This document shows, piece by piece, positions 9,592-19,096 of a stretch of DNA of 64,000 bases; the first letter of the stretch is position 1, and each line of letters starts with the position of its first letter. The DNA is from Escherichia phage vB_EcoM_G17. Both the position numbers and the translations under genes were made by a program. A model generated the notes under the pieces. That model had not been told where the DNA came from. It worked only from the letters and a program-made list of their open reading frames with translations, and ran no database searches. The stretch is taken from sequence record MK327931.1; one strand, written 5' to 3'.

Positions 9592-9897
9592 TCATGATAT
9601 TCGCATTTCATCTATATATAATGAACATGATTCAGAATTATCGTCTAAACTTAAACCTAAATCGACCATCAAACCGCAATGCGTTCCCCAGAATTTCTTT
9701 ATGTATAGTTTTTTGCTATTATTACCTAAATCATAAACATATTCATTTTTAAATATACTTTTTAATTCTTCACATATACATTTTATTATCTTCATTACTT
9801 GATTATGATATTCGTATGGTATTCCATCAAGTTCGTTAATTATTAATGCAAAACCATCATCATAGTACTTAAGTTTATTGAATGTTTGTATATCCAT
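9592..9897 (-). CDS. hypothetical protein (101 aa)
   Basis: Minus-strand ORF. Confidence 0.45.
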   Translation of the reverse strand: MDIQTFNKLKYYDDGFALIINELDGIPYEYHNQVMKIIKCICEELKSIFKNEYVYDLGNNSKKLYIKKFWGTHCGLMVDLGLSLDDNSESCSLYIDEMRIS

Positions 9898-10194
9898 TTA
9901 ATATATAATCTCACTAGCTTCTATTGTGTAGACACCATCATCAGTCATTAATCTAACTGCAACTTTAATATTATTAGACATTCGTGTAACTATCAATCCA
10001 ATAATTACACCATTCTTTAAAGTACCGTTATGGTATCTTACTTGTACTTTAGTTTTGTTATCAATTAGGTATCTTCGAATTTGATGAATTTCAGTTCTAA
10101 ACAGTTCTAAATAAACTTCACTATATTCCTTATCTGAACCGTCTGAACACCAGTACAATAAATTTACTTGTTCAAATAATTTTTTTATATTCAT
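9898..10194 (-). CDS. small hypothetical protein (98 aa)
   Basis: Minus-strand ORF abutting its neighbour. Confidence 0.45.
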   Translation of the reverse strand: MNIKKLFEQVNLLYWCSDGSDKEYSEVYLELFRTEIHQIRRYLIDNKTKVQVRYHNGTLKNGVIIGLIVTRMSNNIKVAVRLMTDDGVYTIEASEIIY

Positions 10195-10550
10195 AAAAAT
10201 CTCACAGATTTAATATTACTGGTTACATGATTTACCCAAGTGTTATCGAACTTGTAAACAATTGTATTAAGTGATTTATGAAAATTAACCTCGCACACTA
10301 ATGCCTTGGAACCATTGATTGTACAGACCGTGGATGGTAAGTTGTTTGCTAATATCTCTTTTTCATCTAAACATAGTGAACTAATACAATCATAATAGAG
10401 AGGTTCAAGAACTTTTTCAGTACTGAGAAATTCAAAAGAAAGATCATCTATTAGTTTTATGTAATCGAATAAATTATGATAATATTCATTCATTGCAGAT
10501 CCTTTTAAATTTAGCATTATTAGAATATGTATATGAATGACCGAAATCAT
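10191..10550 (-). CDS. hypothetical protein (119 aa)
   Basis: Minus-strand ORF; 4-nt overlap downstream. Confidence 0.4.
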   Translation of the reverse strand: MISVIHIHILIMLNLKGSAMNEYYHNLFDYIKLIDDLSFEFLSTEKVLEPLYYDCISSLCLDEKEILANNLPSTVCTINGSKALVCEVNFHKSLNTIVYKFDNTWVNHVTSNIKSVRFL

Positions 10551-10740
10551 TTACACCATGTACATTTAGTACACCGTCACTGAAATAAATTCGATCAATA
10601 GTGAGTTCACGTTTATAATCCCAATCATCATACCAGCACAGAACACGAATACCTTTGTACTTTGTAGTTAAATCATTTTCTAATATAGTCAAGTAATCAA
10701 TATGACTTTTGAATATCTCTAAGTCCTGCTCAAACATCAT
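10486..10740 (-). CDS. small hypothetical protein (KYxGKxV-like family)
   Basis: 84 aa; 'TKYKGIRVLCW'. Confidence 0.4.
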   Translation of the reverse strand: MMFEQDLEIFKSHIDYLTILENDLTTKYKGIRVLCWYDDWDYKRELTIDRIYFSDGVLNVHGVNDFGHSYTYSNNAKFKRICNE

Positions 10741-10997
10741 TGTTCCTCGTATAATTCTATATCATCAACACCAACTTGGCGAATTGCAGTACTTCTGTTG
10801 AATGTATTTTTTTCAAACAAACATACTGTTAAACGTATTTCACACTTCAATGCACTATAATAAATCATATCAATAACACCATATGTTTCATACATTTCTA
10901 CGTATACATTTCGACCTAAATACTTTTCTTCTAAATCAGTAATTAGACTATTGATAAGATTACCTATCTGTGTTATATCTGTGTGAAATTTATCCAT
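10737..10997 (-). CDS. small hypothetical protein (KYxGKxV-like family)
   Basis: 86 aa; 'EKYLGRNVYV'. Confidence 0.45.
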   Translation of the reverse strand: MDKFHTDITQIGNLINSLITDLEEKYLGRNVYVEMYETYGVIDMIYYSALKCEIRLTVCLFEKNTFNRSTAIRQVGVDDIELYEEQ

Positions 10998-11185
10998 TAT
11001 AATAAACCTCTCACATAAAACATTGATGAAAATAGATAATCATCAGTACTGGAATTTAGTAGTTTATCAAAACTATAATTTTTATGCTTATTTTCATACA
11101 AAGACAATCTATAGTATCGTTCTATATTTTCTAAGTAGTCTTTTTGTAATAACATCTGTGTTGTTACATTCACTATAATGTACCT

Positions 11186-11220
11186 TAAAAGAAAAAGGGA
11201 CCAATATATGATCCCTTTTG
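11186..11220 (-). terminator. rho-independent terminator downstream of polynucleotide kinase gene
   Basis: Stem AAGGGA / TCCCTT (11195-11200 / 11212-11217); T-run follows on minus strand (plus 11191-11196 A-run). Confidence 0.5.
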
Positions 11221-11222
11221 TA

Positions 11223-12155
11223 TTAGAAATTTCCTTCAGCCACTTGGAAAACTTTCAACCCAAGTAGCTTACGCCACATGAATACAACTTGATCGCGGTC
11301 ATCATATACCTTTTTAACATCGTAATGATCAACCACATTTTTCATGTACAGGTCGAATTTTACAACATCATCAGGACGTTTATCATCGATATCTCGCATA
11401 AACAATGCATCGTAAGGAACACCCCAATTCTTAAGCCACTGTTCGGTATCAGCACGACACCCTTCAGTACGCCCACTCATGACGATAATCTTGCGTTTAT
11501 GAAAAACTGCTTCAGCGATAATAGACAAAATAACTTCTTCATCAGGTGTATCCTGAAGAACAGTACTTTCATCGTAAGGATTACGACCCCATTTATGAGC
11601 AAGAGTTCCATCGATATCAACGATGATAGCAGCTTCGCGTGAATTACCATAGTAACCAATGTGTAATGCCTTACTATAATAGTACGTATCTGCCATTGTG
11701 TCAATGATATCATCTTGTACTGAACGCTCACGCTGGAGGTTATATTTCTTACAAAGTTTTACGAACTCTTTAATCTTAAAGAATTCATGAACATCTGCAC
11801 CACGGTCTTCATTAGGTACAAAATCATCATAGAAGTTCTTTTCTTTGTAATCATAACCATTATCTTTAGCCCATACTTTCCAGAGATTACGGAAATGTTG
11901 TTTAAGGTTTGTATCGGATATGATGATGTTCCAACCATTCTCTGCTGCTGAATTTGCTGCACTGAACTGTAAATTAGTTACGTACTGCTCATTAGCATCG
12001 TTGAATTTGTAAGCATCATGTGACCCAGCCATAGATTCACGAATATCATCACGGTTGATGTTGATAGTCTTGGATTTGGCATTTTTAATTTCTTGAACTG
12101 CCCATGTGGTTTTACCACACCCAGGTAATCCAACTGTTAGTGTAATAGTTGGCAT
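11223..12155 (-). CDS. pseT: polynucleotide 5'-kinase / 3'-phosphatase (T4 PseT-like)
   Basis: 310 aa; N-terminal P-loop 'GLPGCGKTT'; C-terminal HAD motif 'IVDIDGTLA'. Confidence 0.85.
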   Translation of the reverse strand: MPTITLTVGLPGCGKTTWAVQEIKNAKSKTININRDDIRESMAGSHDAYKFNDANEQYVTNLQFSAANSAAENGWNIIISDTNLKQHFRNLWKVWAKDNGYDYKEKNFYDDFVPNEDRGADVHEFFKIKEFVKLCKKYNLQRERSVQDDIIDTMADTYYYSKALHIGYYGNSREAAIIVDIDGTLAHKWGRNPYDESTVLQDTPDEEVILSIIAEAVFHKRKIIVMSGRTEGCRADTEQWLKNWGVPYDALFMRDIDDKRPDDVVKFDLYMKNVVDHYDVKKVYDDRDQVVFMWRKLLGLKVFQVAEGNF

Positions 12156-12167
12156 TATTACTCCTTG

Positions 12168-12482
12168 TTACTCAATGAATTCTACATCTTCGAGTTTGTG
12201 CCATCCTCTTGAAAGGTTTCTTGTTCCGTTATTGTATTCAGTGTATACAAAGCATTCACCATTTACTAAATTACCAATAGCAGTACGCGATACTTTAACA
12301 TCAAGAATTATAGTACTGAACCATTCTCTGATTGTATGATCCCAGCATTTAACTTTACATCCAATCAATGTTTTCTTAAAATCGAAAACGTAATCTTCGA
12401 CCATTGATTCGACAGATTCTATTAGTTCCTTTTCAATGTACTTTAACTTTTCGATCCTCTCAAATGCAAGTTCTTTATTCAT
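12168..12482 (-). CDS. small hypothetical protein (KYxGKxV-like family)
   Basis: 104 aa; 'KKTLIGCKVKCW'. Confidence 0.45.
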   Translation of the reverse strand: MNKELAFERIEKLKYIEKELIESVESMVEDYVFDFKKTLIGCKVKCWDHTIREWFSTIILDVKVSRTAIGNLVNGECFVYTEYNNGTRNLSRGWHKLEDVEFIE

Positions 12483-12488
12483 ATGTCC

Positions 12489-12743
12489 TCAATTATCTAG
12501 AACATCCACTATCAAACAAGCTTCAATAACGAAACAATCATCTAATTCAAAGAGTAATTGATAGTCATCAGAAAACTTCACTTTAGTAATGTAAGCACTT
12601 TCAATTCCACCACTATGATAAGAACTATATAAAATACATTTACCTGTATATTCCTTACGGATACGACTAAATTCTTCATATAAATGAGTAATAAACGTAT
12701 CCGCAGTTTTGTTGTAGTATTTTAGGTCACTTACTGTGCTCAT
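12489..12743 (-). CDS. small hypothetical protein (KYxGKxV-like family)
   Basis: 84 aa; 'KEYTGKCILY'. Confidence 0.45.
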   Translation of the reverse strand: MSTVSDLKYYNKTADTFITHLYEEFSRIRKEYTGKCILYSSYHSGGIESAYITKVKFSDDYQLLFELDDCFVIEACLIVDVLDN

Positions 12744-12957
12744 TAACTTTTCCTACTCCAAATCGTTTGGAGATTTTCACAAGTACAGATTCATCACAAC
12801 GAATACTAGCAGTATCATTGGATGAACTGTACTTTAATGGGGTCCACTGTAATTGAGATTCTTCTAGGAACTTGATACATCTGAAGTAATCTTTCAGAGA
12901 AAGAAATTTAACTACTGACATATCCTGAACAATACTATGCTGAACTTCAACTTTCAT
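12727..12957 (-). CDS. small hypothetical protein (76 aa)
   Basis: Minus-strand ORF. Confidence 0.4.
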   Translation of the reverse strand: MKVEVQHSIVQDMSVVKFLSLKDYFRCIKFLEESQLQWTPLKYSSSNDTASIRCDESVLVKISKRFGVGKVNEHSK

Positions 12958-12966
12958 ATGAACTCC

Positions 12967-13224
12967 TTATAGTGGATCAAATTTATTTTCACGTTTCGAT
13001 GTATAGCGAGTTACATCATGTATTCTCGGCTTAACACCTTTTGGTTTCCTTTTCTTCTTGTATTCAGTACTACTACATCCGAAGGTATTCTCGATTCGTT
13101 TCTTACTTATCTTCACACCTTTCATTGAGCGTTTGTGCTGTAATTCATCGATTTCTTCTTGTATTTTCCTGAACTCAGTCGGAGAAAGGGAACCGTCATT
13201 TTTATACTTAGGTTTAGCCATCAC
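12967..13224 (-). CDS. small highly basic protein (possible nucleic-acid binding)
   Basis: 85 aa, Lys/Arg-rich ('KKRKPKGVKPR'). Confidence 0.45.
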   Translation of the reverse strand: MMAKPKYKNDGSLSPTEFRKIQEEIDELQHKRSMKGVKISKKRIENTFGCSSTEYKKKRKPKGVKPRIHDVTRYTSKRENKFDPL

Positions 13225-13251
13225 TTCTCCTTGTGCTTAGGCTAGATAGTA

Positions 13252-14394
13252 CTAAAAATCCTTTAGTACAATTTTCATGTATTTTATAAGAGTCTCTTTG
13301 TAATCAACTTTCTTATTGTTATACATTGCAAAGGCCAAGCCCTGACGATTCAGTTCATTAGTTAAACACTCCTGAACCTTCATTGCGAATTCCTTTCGCT
13401 CCAAGTGCTTGTGTTCCTTGACGAAGCTTTCTACTTCATCTTGTAATGCATTATAGCACGAAAATACCAATTGTTCCATTCTTAATATCTTTTGCATAGC
13501 ATATTCATCAGTACTGAACAATTGTTTTAAATCATCACTTGAACCATTTAATACTGCTTCATATAAATGAGAATCAATAATAATACTATCTTTTGTAAGA
13601 TGTAATGAACTGTACCAGTCAGTCTTTATTTTACACATTGTCCCATTATTTAGGATGCACACAAAACCCTCAATATCAAGCATTTTATGAACTTCCTCCA
13701 CGCTTTCACGGAAGGTATTTCGTACCGGAAAAGTGTGATGAATATCTTTTCCAGTCATATTAGTACTGTACTGTGCAAGACATGGAAACTTATCACGTAG
13801 TGCTTTACCACATAGCAACTCACCACTCACACGATGACGAACGTTCAGTACAAACAGTTGTTCTACCTGATATGGTAATACAATTCGGTACTCTGGGCTT
13901 GTATACTCCATATTAACTGTGTAACCTAAACGTTCCGCTTCGTCGATGTACTGATACAAATTCTGGTTCTCGTTAATAAGTCGAGTACTGTTAATCGCAT
14001 GGTCAGAATACAATGCAGTATGTGATTTACAACGAATCTCACCATCATTATCACGGTAAGTACTGATAATCGAACCATCCAACTTAGGCATCACTACCGC
14101 AATGTCATCGCATGTGGTGTTAGCAGGGAACATTGTAGCAGGATTCTCGTAAGCATTGAAGAACTTTTTCATTGTACGTGCTGCACAACGTATCATTTCA
14201 CCTTCTTCATCAATTTCCCACATAGAGCCACGGGTTTCCAACGCATTTGGTTGCATGAAATCAGTGTATGATGCTAGACGATAACTGAATACACGATACG
14301 TGCCACCAGCAGGACTTTTATGATCCACATAAAAGAATGCATCGTTTGTATTACATAAGTGCATTAAATCTTCATATATTTGCAAAAGGGTCAT
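13252..14394 (-). CDS. rnlA: RNA ligase 1 (T4 RnlA-like)
   Basis: 380 aa; N-terminus 'FFYVDHKSPAGGTYRVFSYRLASYTDF...ALETRGSMWE' parallels T4 RnlA as recalled; 'KLDGS' adenylation motif; 'KIKTDWYSSLHLTK'. Confidence 0.85.
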   Translation of the reverse strand: MTLLQIYEDLMHLCNTNDAFFYVDHKSPAGGTYRVFSYRLASYTDFMQPNALETRGSMWEIDEEGEMIRCAARTMKKFFNAYENPATMFPANTTCDDIAVVMPKLDGSIISTYRDNDGEIRCKSHTALYSDHAINSTRLINENQNLYQYIDEAERLGYTVNMEYTSPEYRIVLPYQVEQLFVLNVRHRVSGELLCGKALRDKFPCLAQYSTNMTGKDIHHTFPVRNTFRESVEEVHKMLDIEGFVCILNNGTMCKIKTDWYSSLHLTKDSIIIDSHLYEAVLNGSSDDLKQLFSTDEYAMQKILRMEQLVFSCYNALQDEVESFVKEHKHLERKEFAMKVQECLTNELNRQGLAFAMYNNKKVDYKETLIKYMKIVLKDF

Positions 14395-14699
14395 TTTATT
14401 ACCTCTATATCTACATCAGTTCCATAATATGATATTAATCCATCATCAGATTCACACTGAATAGACAACTCAGATTCATAGTATGTTACTTTATTCACTG
14501 TTAGTACTTGTTCTTCAATTACTCCAGAAAAATAATTCATCTCACGTACACGAACTTTAGTTCCTTTAGGTAGTTCATCTGAGATTTTTCGAACAAGATC
14601 ATAAGCAGCCTGTTCAAGTGTGTACAGTAATTGTAATCTATCTTGAATATTCATATTATTTCCACCAACTGGTATCACGTCCATTAGACAAAGATTCAT
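14391..14699 (-). CDS. small hypothetical protein (KYxGKxV-like family)
   Basis: 102 aa; 'LPKGTKVRVREM'. Confidence 0.45.
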   Translation of the reverse strand: MNLCLMDVIPVGGNNMNIQDRLQLLYTLEQAAYDLVRKISDELPKGTKVRVREMNYFSGVIEEQVLTVNKVTYYESELSIQCESDDGLISYYGTDVDIEVIK

Positions 14700-15345
14700 T
14701 GTACTGATGCCTAAAATTAGTTTTTGGATTATTGTTCATAGTACTAATAAAATCAAATTTAACATTCTCTTGAATATATTTTTTAACACTATCTTTAAAT
14801 TTAATAGTACTGAAGTCTAAATCTAGATGTTCATACAATACCGGATGACAAAACTCATGTGTACGCAACGCTGGCATGGTATCCTTAATGTATTGCACAG
14901 TGTTAATCATTGCATTGTATTCCGGCATAGCACGCATCATCATTAGCTGAAAGTGTTCTTCCTCTGACATTGACTCATCCAAATCAATAACGACTTCATC
15001 ATTTTTAGAGTCATAAACTTTAATGGTACTCTTGGTTGGATCAAGCATAGCCCACTCTGGATACAGGCATGTTTTCCAAAAAGGATTATTGCACTGAAAC
15101 ATACTAATGAGATTTTGATCTTTATCAAAAATAGCAAATCCAAGATCCGAACTTGGTTGTACTTCACATACACAAATATCGTAAGACGAGTCTTCAGTAC
15201 TGAGTGAACCAACTACATTTGATATATGTGAATATGGAGTTTCTCTTGACTCCAACTGAAATGTACTTTCAATTCGATTGATTTGTGGATGTAATGTAAT
15301 TACACCCCTTAGTACATATAAAATTCTATCTAAATCTTTAATCAA
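14656..15345 (-). CDS. hypothetical protein; distant FQxS-family relative
   Basis: 229 aa; 'SEEEHFQLMMMR'. Confidence 0.45.
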   Translation of the reverse strand: MIKDLDRILYVLRGVITLHPQINRIESTFQLESRETPYSHISNVVGSLSTEDSSYDICVCEVQPSSDLGFAIFDKDQNLISMFQCNNPFWKTCLYPEWAMLDPTKSTIKVYDSKNDEVVIDLDESMSEEEHFQLMMMRAMPEYNAMINTVQYIKDTMPALRTHEFCHPVLYEHLDLDFSTIKFKDSVKKYIQENVKFDFISTMNNNPKTNFRHQYNESLSNGRDTSWWK

Positions 15346-15920
15346 AATTCTATCCCCGTATCAGTTAATTTCGTTCCGTCCATGTACTTAACAGTTATTT
15401 CAATGCGTCGATCAGTACTCAATTTTTGAAGATCATTGTAGTACAATTTAAATTCTTCAAAGAACTCAAGTGGTGGAATATCGTATAAAGTACTAATCTG
15501 GAAGTGCTCAGGTAATCCAAATTCCAATATATCAATCTTAGGCATAAGTCCATCGGCTGCTGCACCTTCTGGAGTACTGCTATCTGCTACATAAAACATA
15601 GAATTACCATGACGCTGGATAACGAATATGCAATCATCTTCACTTACATAAATCATATTTCCAAGGTATGGATCGTTATCACACCAATTATCATGGACGA
15701 GTTGTTCAACTTGAAGTAAATCTTTTATAATTCCCTGACCACTATCGTCAACTAGAATATGTAAACCAGAACAATCTTTGCTCAACCAGCGGTATCTTGC
15801 ATCACATCCTGATTCCATAAATGGATATTTTGAAAAATCCATATCAGTACCATTATAAAACCAATCGTACCACTCATTACGCATACTAATCAGCTTAGTA
15901 CTTAATTCTAATACATTCAT
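15342..15920 (-). CDS. hypothetical protein (192 aa)
   Basis: Minus-strand ORF with ATGA-type overlap to neighbour. Confidence 0.5.
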   Translation of the reverse strand: MNVLELSTKLISMRNEWYDWFYNGTDMDFSKYPFMESGCDARYRWLSKDCSGLHILVDDSGQGIIKDLLQVEQLVHDNWCDNDPYLGNMIYVSEDDCIFVIQRHGNSMFYVADSSTPEGAAADGLMPKIDILEFGLPEHFQISTLYDIPPLEFFEEFKLYYNDLQKLSTDRRIEITVKYMDGTKLTDTGIEF

Positions 15921-15927
15921 TTTAGTT

Positions 15928-16230
15928 TTATCCTCTTAATTTAATAGTACTGGCTGGATATTCTACAAAAGTATTATCTGGTAATCCTATACAGTAATAA
16001 GGTAAATACCCCATCTTTATATTAATACCAATTAAAATTCCTGTTTTATATGAAGTATTAATTCCATAGTAATCGTCTATATCAACAGCAAGTCCATATA
16101 ATGATATGTTACAATCCTTGATGTATCGGTCAAACATTTTATACATTGATGGATATAAAGTTCCATTGGATTGTCTCACCAAATCAGCCAACATTTTGAT
16201 AGTACTGTTAATTAAATCTATACTGAACAT
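15928..16230 (-). CDS. hypothetical protein (100 aa)
   Basis: Minus-strand ORF. Confidence 0.45.
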   Translation of the reverse strand: MFSIDLINSTIKMLADLVRQSNGTLYPSMYKMFDRYIKDCNISLYGLAVDIDDYYGINTSYKTGILIGINIKMGYLPYYCIGLPDNTFVEYPASTIKLRG

Positions 16231-16274
16231 CTTTGTACCTGCGAAAAAAGACCAGCAAACGCTGGCCTAAGAAT

Positions 16275-16556
16275 TTAAATTATTTCATAAAGACAATATA
16301 CACCATCAACGCCAGCATCAGGAAAATCAACATAGAAATTCACACTAACAGTGTCGTAATCTATATCAGTGATTCGTCCGGTTTTACCTACACTTTTTAC
16401 AAATATATCAGACCCAAGATACACAAACTCGAACTCGTCAGCATACTCTTTTATGATATCTGCGAACCTACAACCACACCTAGGTTCTGTGTTAATAATT
16501 TCAAGATATAATGTAATATATTGTTCGTATGTCCATGTGTGTAGATAAAAATCCAT
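16275..16556 (-). CDS. hypothetical protein (93 aa)
   Basis: Minus-strand ORF. Confidence 0.45.
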   Translation of the reverse strand: MDFYLHTWTYEQYITLYLEIINTEPRCGCRFADIIKEYADEFEFVYLGSDIFVKSVGKTGRITDIDYDTVSVNFYVDFPDAGVDGVYCLYEII

Positions 16557-16566
16557 AGAAGTTTCC

Positions 16567-17304
16567 TTAGAAATATATCATACCCATCAATTCAGAATCG
16601 GCGGGGCGAGTATAACCTTGCTTCTTAACTTTAAAATAGAATGATTCATGCTCTTCTAAATTATAACGTTTTTTCAAGCAACGAGTGTATGTCTGACAAT
16701 TTGGGTGAACCCATTCATAAATGTGAATGCCATTTTCGTCATAACCATTTATACTACAACGATTTCCTTCATGCTTCATGAAGTTTTTACTTTTTTCAGT
16801 AAATTCTTTCACTGTAGTTGTATATGGGGATTTGTATTCAAAAGGAACTTCAGTCATACGAAAATAATAGTATTCTTCGTCTTCATCATATCCCAAGAGC
16901 ACTGTGTTAGTTTCACGTACATTGTAATGATTCTTACTTTTTAATTCATTTTCGTATATATCTTTCAGTACTTCTGCAAAAACTTCCTCGCTTGATGCAT
17001 TAGGATTAGATACACCTGATACTCGGCGTTCAATAATAAAATCAGTGAATTTACGGTCTTCGGCAATATCTTCGTTCATATAAAGACTAACAAACTTATC
17101 CTTATATGTCTTTACACTATATTGCTTACTTTGCACTTCACTATAAACATCTGCTAACATATTCTCCTGACCACACTGCACACCACTTACAGAATAAGCA
17201 CATGCATGTTCAGCCATTACTGATGTTAACATTTGGAAATTTGCCATGTTTAATTCATTCGCCATCTCTGTAGCGAAACGGATACGGTCAAGCATTTCAC
17301 ACAC
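16567..17304 (-). CDS. hypothetical protein (245 aa)
   Basis: Minus-strand ORF; no motif recognised. Confidence 0.5.
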   Translation of the reverse strand: MCEMLDRIRFATEMANELNMANFQMLTSVMAEHACAYSVSGVQCGQENMLADVYSEVQSKQYSVKTYKDKFVSLYMNEDIAEDRKFTDFIIERRVSGVSNPNASSEEVFAEVLKDIYENELKSKNHYNVRETNTVLLGYDEDEEYYYFRMTEVPFEYKSPYTTTVKEFTEKSKNFMKHEGNRCSINGYDENGIHIYEWVHPNCQTYTRCLKKRYNLEEHESFYFKVKKQGYTRPADSELMGMIYF

Positions 17305-17353
17305 TCCTTGTGTTAATTATTGTTCCTTACCCATTATTATATCATGAATTAAA

Positions 17354-17650
17354 CTATTGTCCCTGTTTATAGCAATAAAGATTCTCTAATTTAAAATCTA
17401 CTAGATCACATTCAGAACGTACTCGATTCTTGTTCCAGAATAAAATACGAATCCTTTCATAATCACGATAAACACTAATAATGCTTCTGTGCTTGGATTT
17501 GTAGTAATCCTGTACTATCCCCAGATACACAGTCCTCAATAAAGACTTAGTTGGATAGGGCATATTCTGTGCTGACGTGATATCGTAAATCATCTTCATT
17601 GTTTCAGCAACAAGTACTTCATTTGTTCTCATTGTAATCCTTACATACAC
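17354..17650 (-). CDS. hypothetical protein
   Basis: Minus-strand ORF; true start may be the internal 'MRTNEV' Met at 17632. Confidence 0.4.
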   Translation of the reverse strand: MYVRITMRTNEVLVAETMKMIYDITSAQNMPYPTKSLLRTVYLGIVQDYYKSKHRSIISVYRDYERIRILFWNKNRVRSECDLVDFKLENLYCYKQGQ

Positions 17651-17795
17651 TATGTAAAGTAAATCCTAATCCAACACCGACAAATGGAAATAGTAAATTG
17701 ATATACCAAGTATTAATTGATGAAAGTAAACAAATCCCACATACTGTCAGTACTGCCAATGAAAAAAGACTCCAGATAAAAAATACTGCTCTCAT
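17619..17795 (-). CDS. small membrane protein (58 aa), below the 60-aa track cutoff
   Basis: My translation: 'MRAVFFIWSLFSLAVLTVCGICLLSSINTWYINLLFPFVGVGLGFTLHSVCKDYNENK'; two hydrophobic helices; ATGA overlap with upstream gene stop. Confidence 0.35.
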   Translation of the reverse strand: MRAVFFIWSLFSLAVLTVCGICLLSSINTWYINLLFPFVGVGLGFTLHSVCKDYNENK

Positions 17796-18082
17796 AAAAA
17801 TGTTACCTCATCAAATGAAAAGTTTAAGTACGTTGTTGAATCTTGGTCTAAAGTATGAATAGTAATATGACCATTGAAATAAAAAGAAACATCAACTATT
17901 TGAAGTTTTGGGTATTTTCTAGTACTGAAATACCTTCCTACTACTAAGTCAGAAAACATATTTCTGTATTCTTGTGTTACGTTTTTGTATAGGTTATGTA
18001 GAGCACTTTCTTGTGAATCGAAAGTAATGGAATAATCTTTCACCAATATAGCATATGTTTTCTGCATTAAAATGATATTCAT
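17792..18082 (-). CDS. small protein, IQFTYK-type family
   Basis: 96 aa; N-terminus 'MQKTYAILVKDY'. Confidence 0.45.
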   Translation of the reverse strand: MNIILMQKTYAILVKDYSITFDSQESALHNLYKNVTQEYRNMFSDLVVGRYFSTRKYPKLQIVDVSFYFNGHITIHTLDQDSTTYLNFSFDEVTFL

Positions 18083-18342
18083 AAATCTCCTAATATCTCA
18101 AAAATTATTGATATTGGGTATACTGGGTTATCAGATGAAGTAACACATACTATTAGTACGTTTTTTCCAGGTGCTACATCCTTTACCGTGAAATTAATAT
18201 TATTAAGAATCAGTGATTTACCAATATAATGCTCTTTCAATAATTCAACAAAATAATCCAGTACTGGATTATCTGCACTATATGATAACTCAGTACTTGA
18301 TATCATTTTATATGTATGAACTATTAGTTCAGCTTTAGTCAT
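18079..18342 (-). CDS. small hypothetical protein (KYxGKxV-like family)
   Basis: Track ORF runs to 18465; likely start is internal Met 'MTKAEL' at 18342, avoiding overlap with the zinc-ribbon gene. 'EHYIGKSLIL'. Confidence 0.4.
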   Translation of the reverse strand: MTKAELIVHTYKMISSTELSYSADNPVLDYFVELLKEHYIGKSLILNNINFTVKDVAPGKNVLIVCVTSSDNPVYPISIIFEILGDL

Positions 18343-18535
18343 GAACACGCTCACAATTAAGGCAATAAATGCACTCAATGTCAGGTCGCCATGATTTATC
18401 AAAATCTTTGTGTTGTTCTTCGGTGTATTCCGCATCATCATTAATAGGGAAGAAATCACCAGCACCAGTCGCCCAGTCTGAATCTAAACGGAAACGAGCT
18501 AATTGAGTACTGTTACAATATGGACATTTATTCAA
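18335..18535 (-). CDS. small zinc-ribbon protein
   Basis: 66 aa; 'CPYCNS ... CIYCLNC' (CxxC x2). Confidence 0.5.
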   Translation of the reverse strand: MNKCPYCNSTQLARFRLDSDWATGAGDFFPINDDAEYTEEQHKDFDKSWRPDIECIYCLNCERVHD

Positions 18536-18812
18536 AATTTATTCCTTCTAACTGATATACGTTTAATGAAAATGACCCACTATTATTATCGCATCTGAAA
18601 CACAGTGTTAAAGAACCATTAAAACTAACTACATCCGTACAGATACATTTTTCACCATTGGATATGATAGATTTTCCTATATATAAATCTCTTACTATAG
18701 TACGGTAATGTTGCCATAAAAAATAATACACACTTTCATAGTACTCATCTTTTACATATGATAAGTATAAGAATTTATAAAATACTTGTATTTCCTTTAA
18801 GTTGTTTTTCAT
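18528..18812 (-). CDS. small protein, IQFTYK-type family
   Basis: 94 aa; 'KEIQVFYKFLYLSY'. Confidence 0.5.
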   Translation of the reverse strand: MKNNLKEIQVFYKFLYLSYVKDEYYESVYYFLWQHYRTIVRDLYIGKSIISNGEKCICTDVVSFNGSLTLCFRCDNNSGSFSLNVYQLEGINFE

Positions 18813-19086
18813 TCTTCAATTCCAGTAAATTTACACCAATCCAATCAACATCACTATCAGTACTTAATTCCAATCGTAGCTTACCGCTATGACTAACAAT
18901 ATCGCGGAATTTGTATATTTTATTATCACGAACTATACACAAATCATGGTAATATTCATGTAATTCATCCAAAAACTTTATCCATACCGAACGATAGATT
19001 TCACTGTAGAGATATTCTCCAGCATCAACCGTAGCGTATTGGATATACAAAAATTTGTATGTGAATTGTATATCATTTAATAACAT
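18775..19086 (-). CDS. small protein, IQFTYK-type family
   Basis: 103 aa; 'LNDIQFTYKFLYIQY'. Confidence 0.5.
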   Translation of the reverse strand: MLLNDIQFTYKFLYIQYATVDAGEYLYSEIYRSVWIKFLDELHEYYHDLCIVRDNKIYKFRDIVSHSGKLRLELSTDSDVDWIGVNLLELKNEKQLKGNTSIL

Positions 19087-19096
19087 ATGTAACCTC

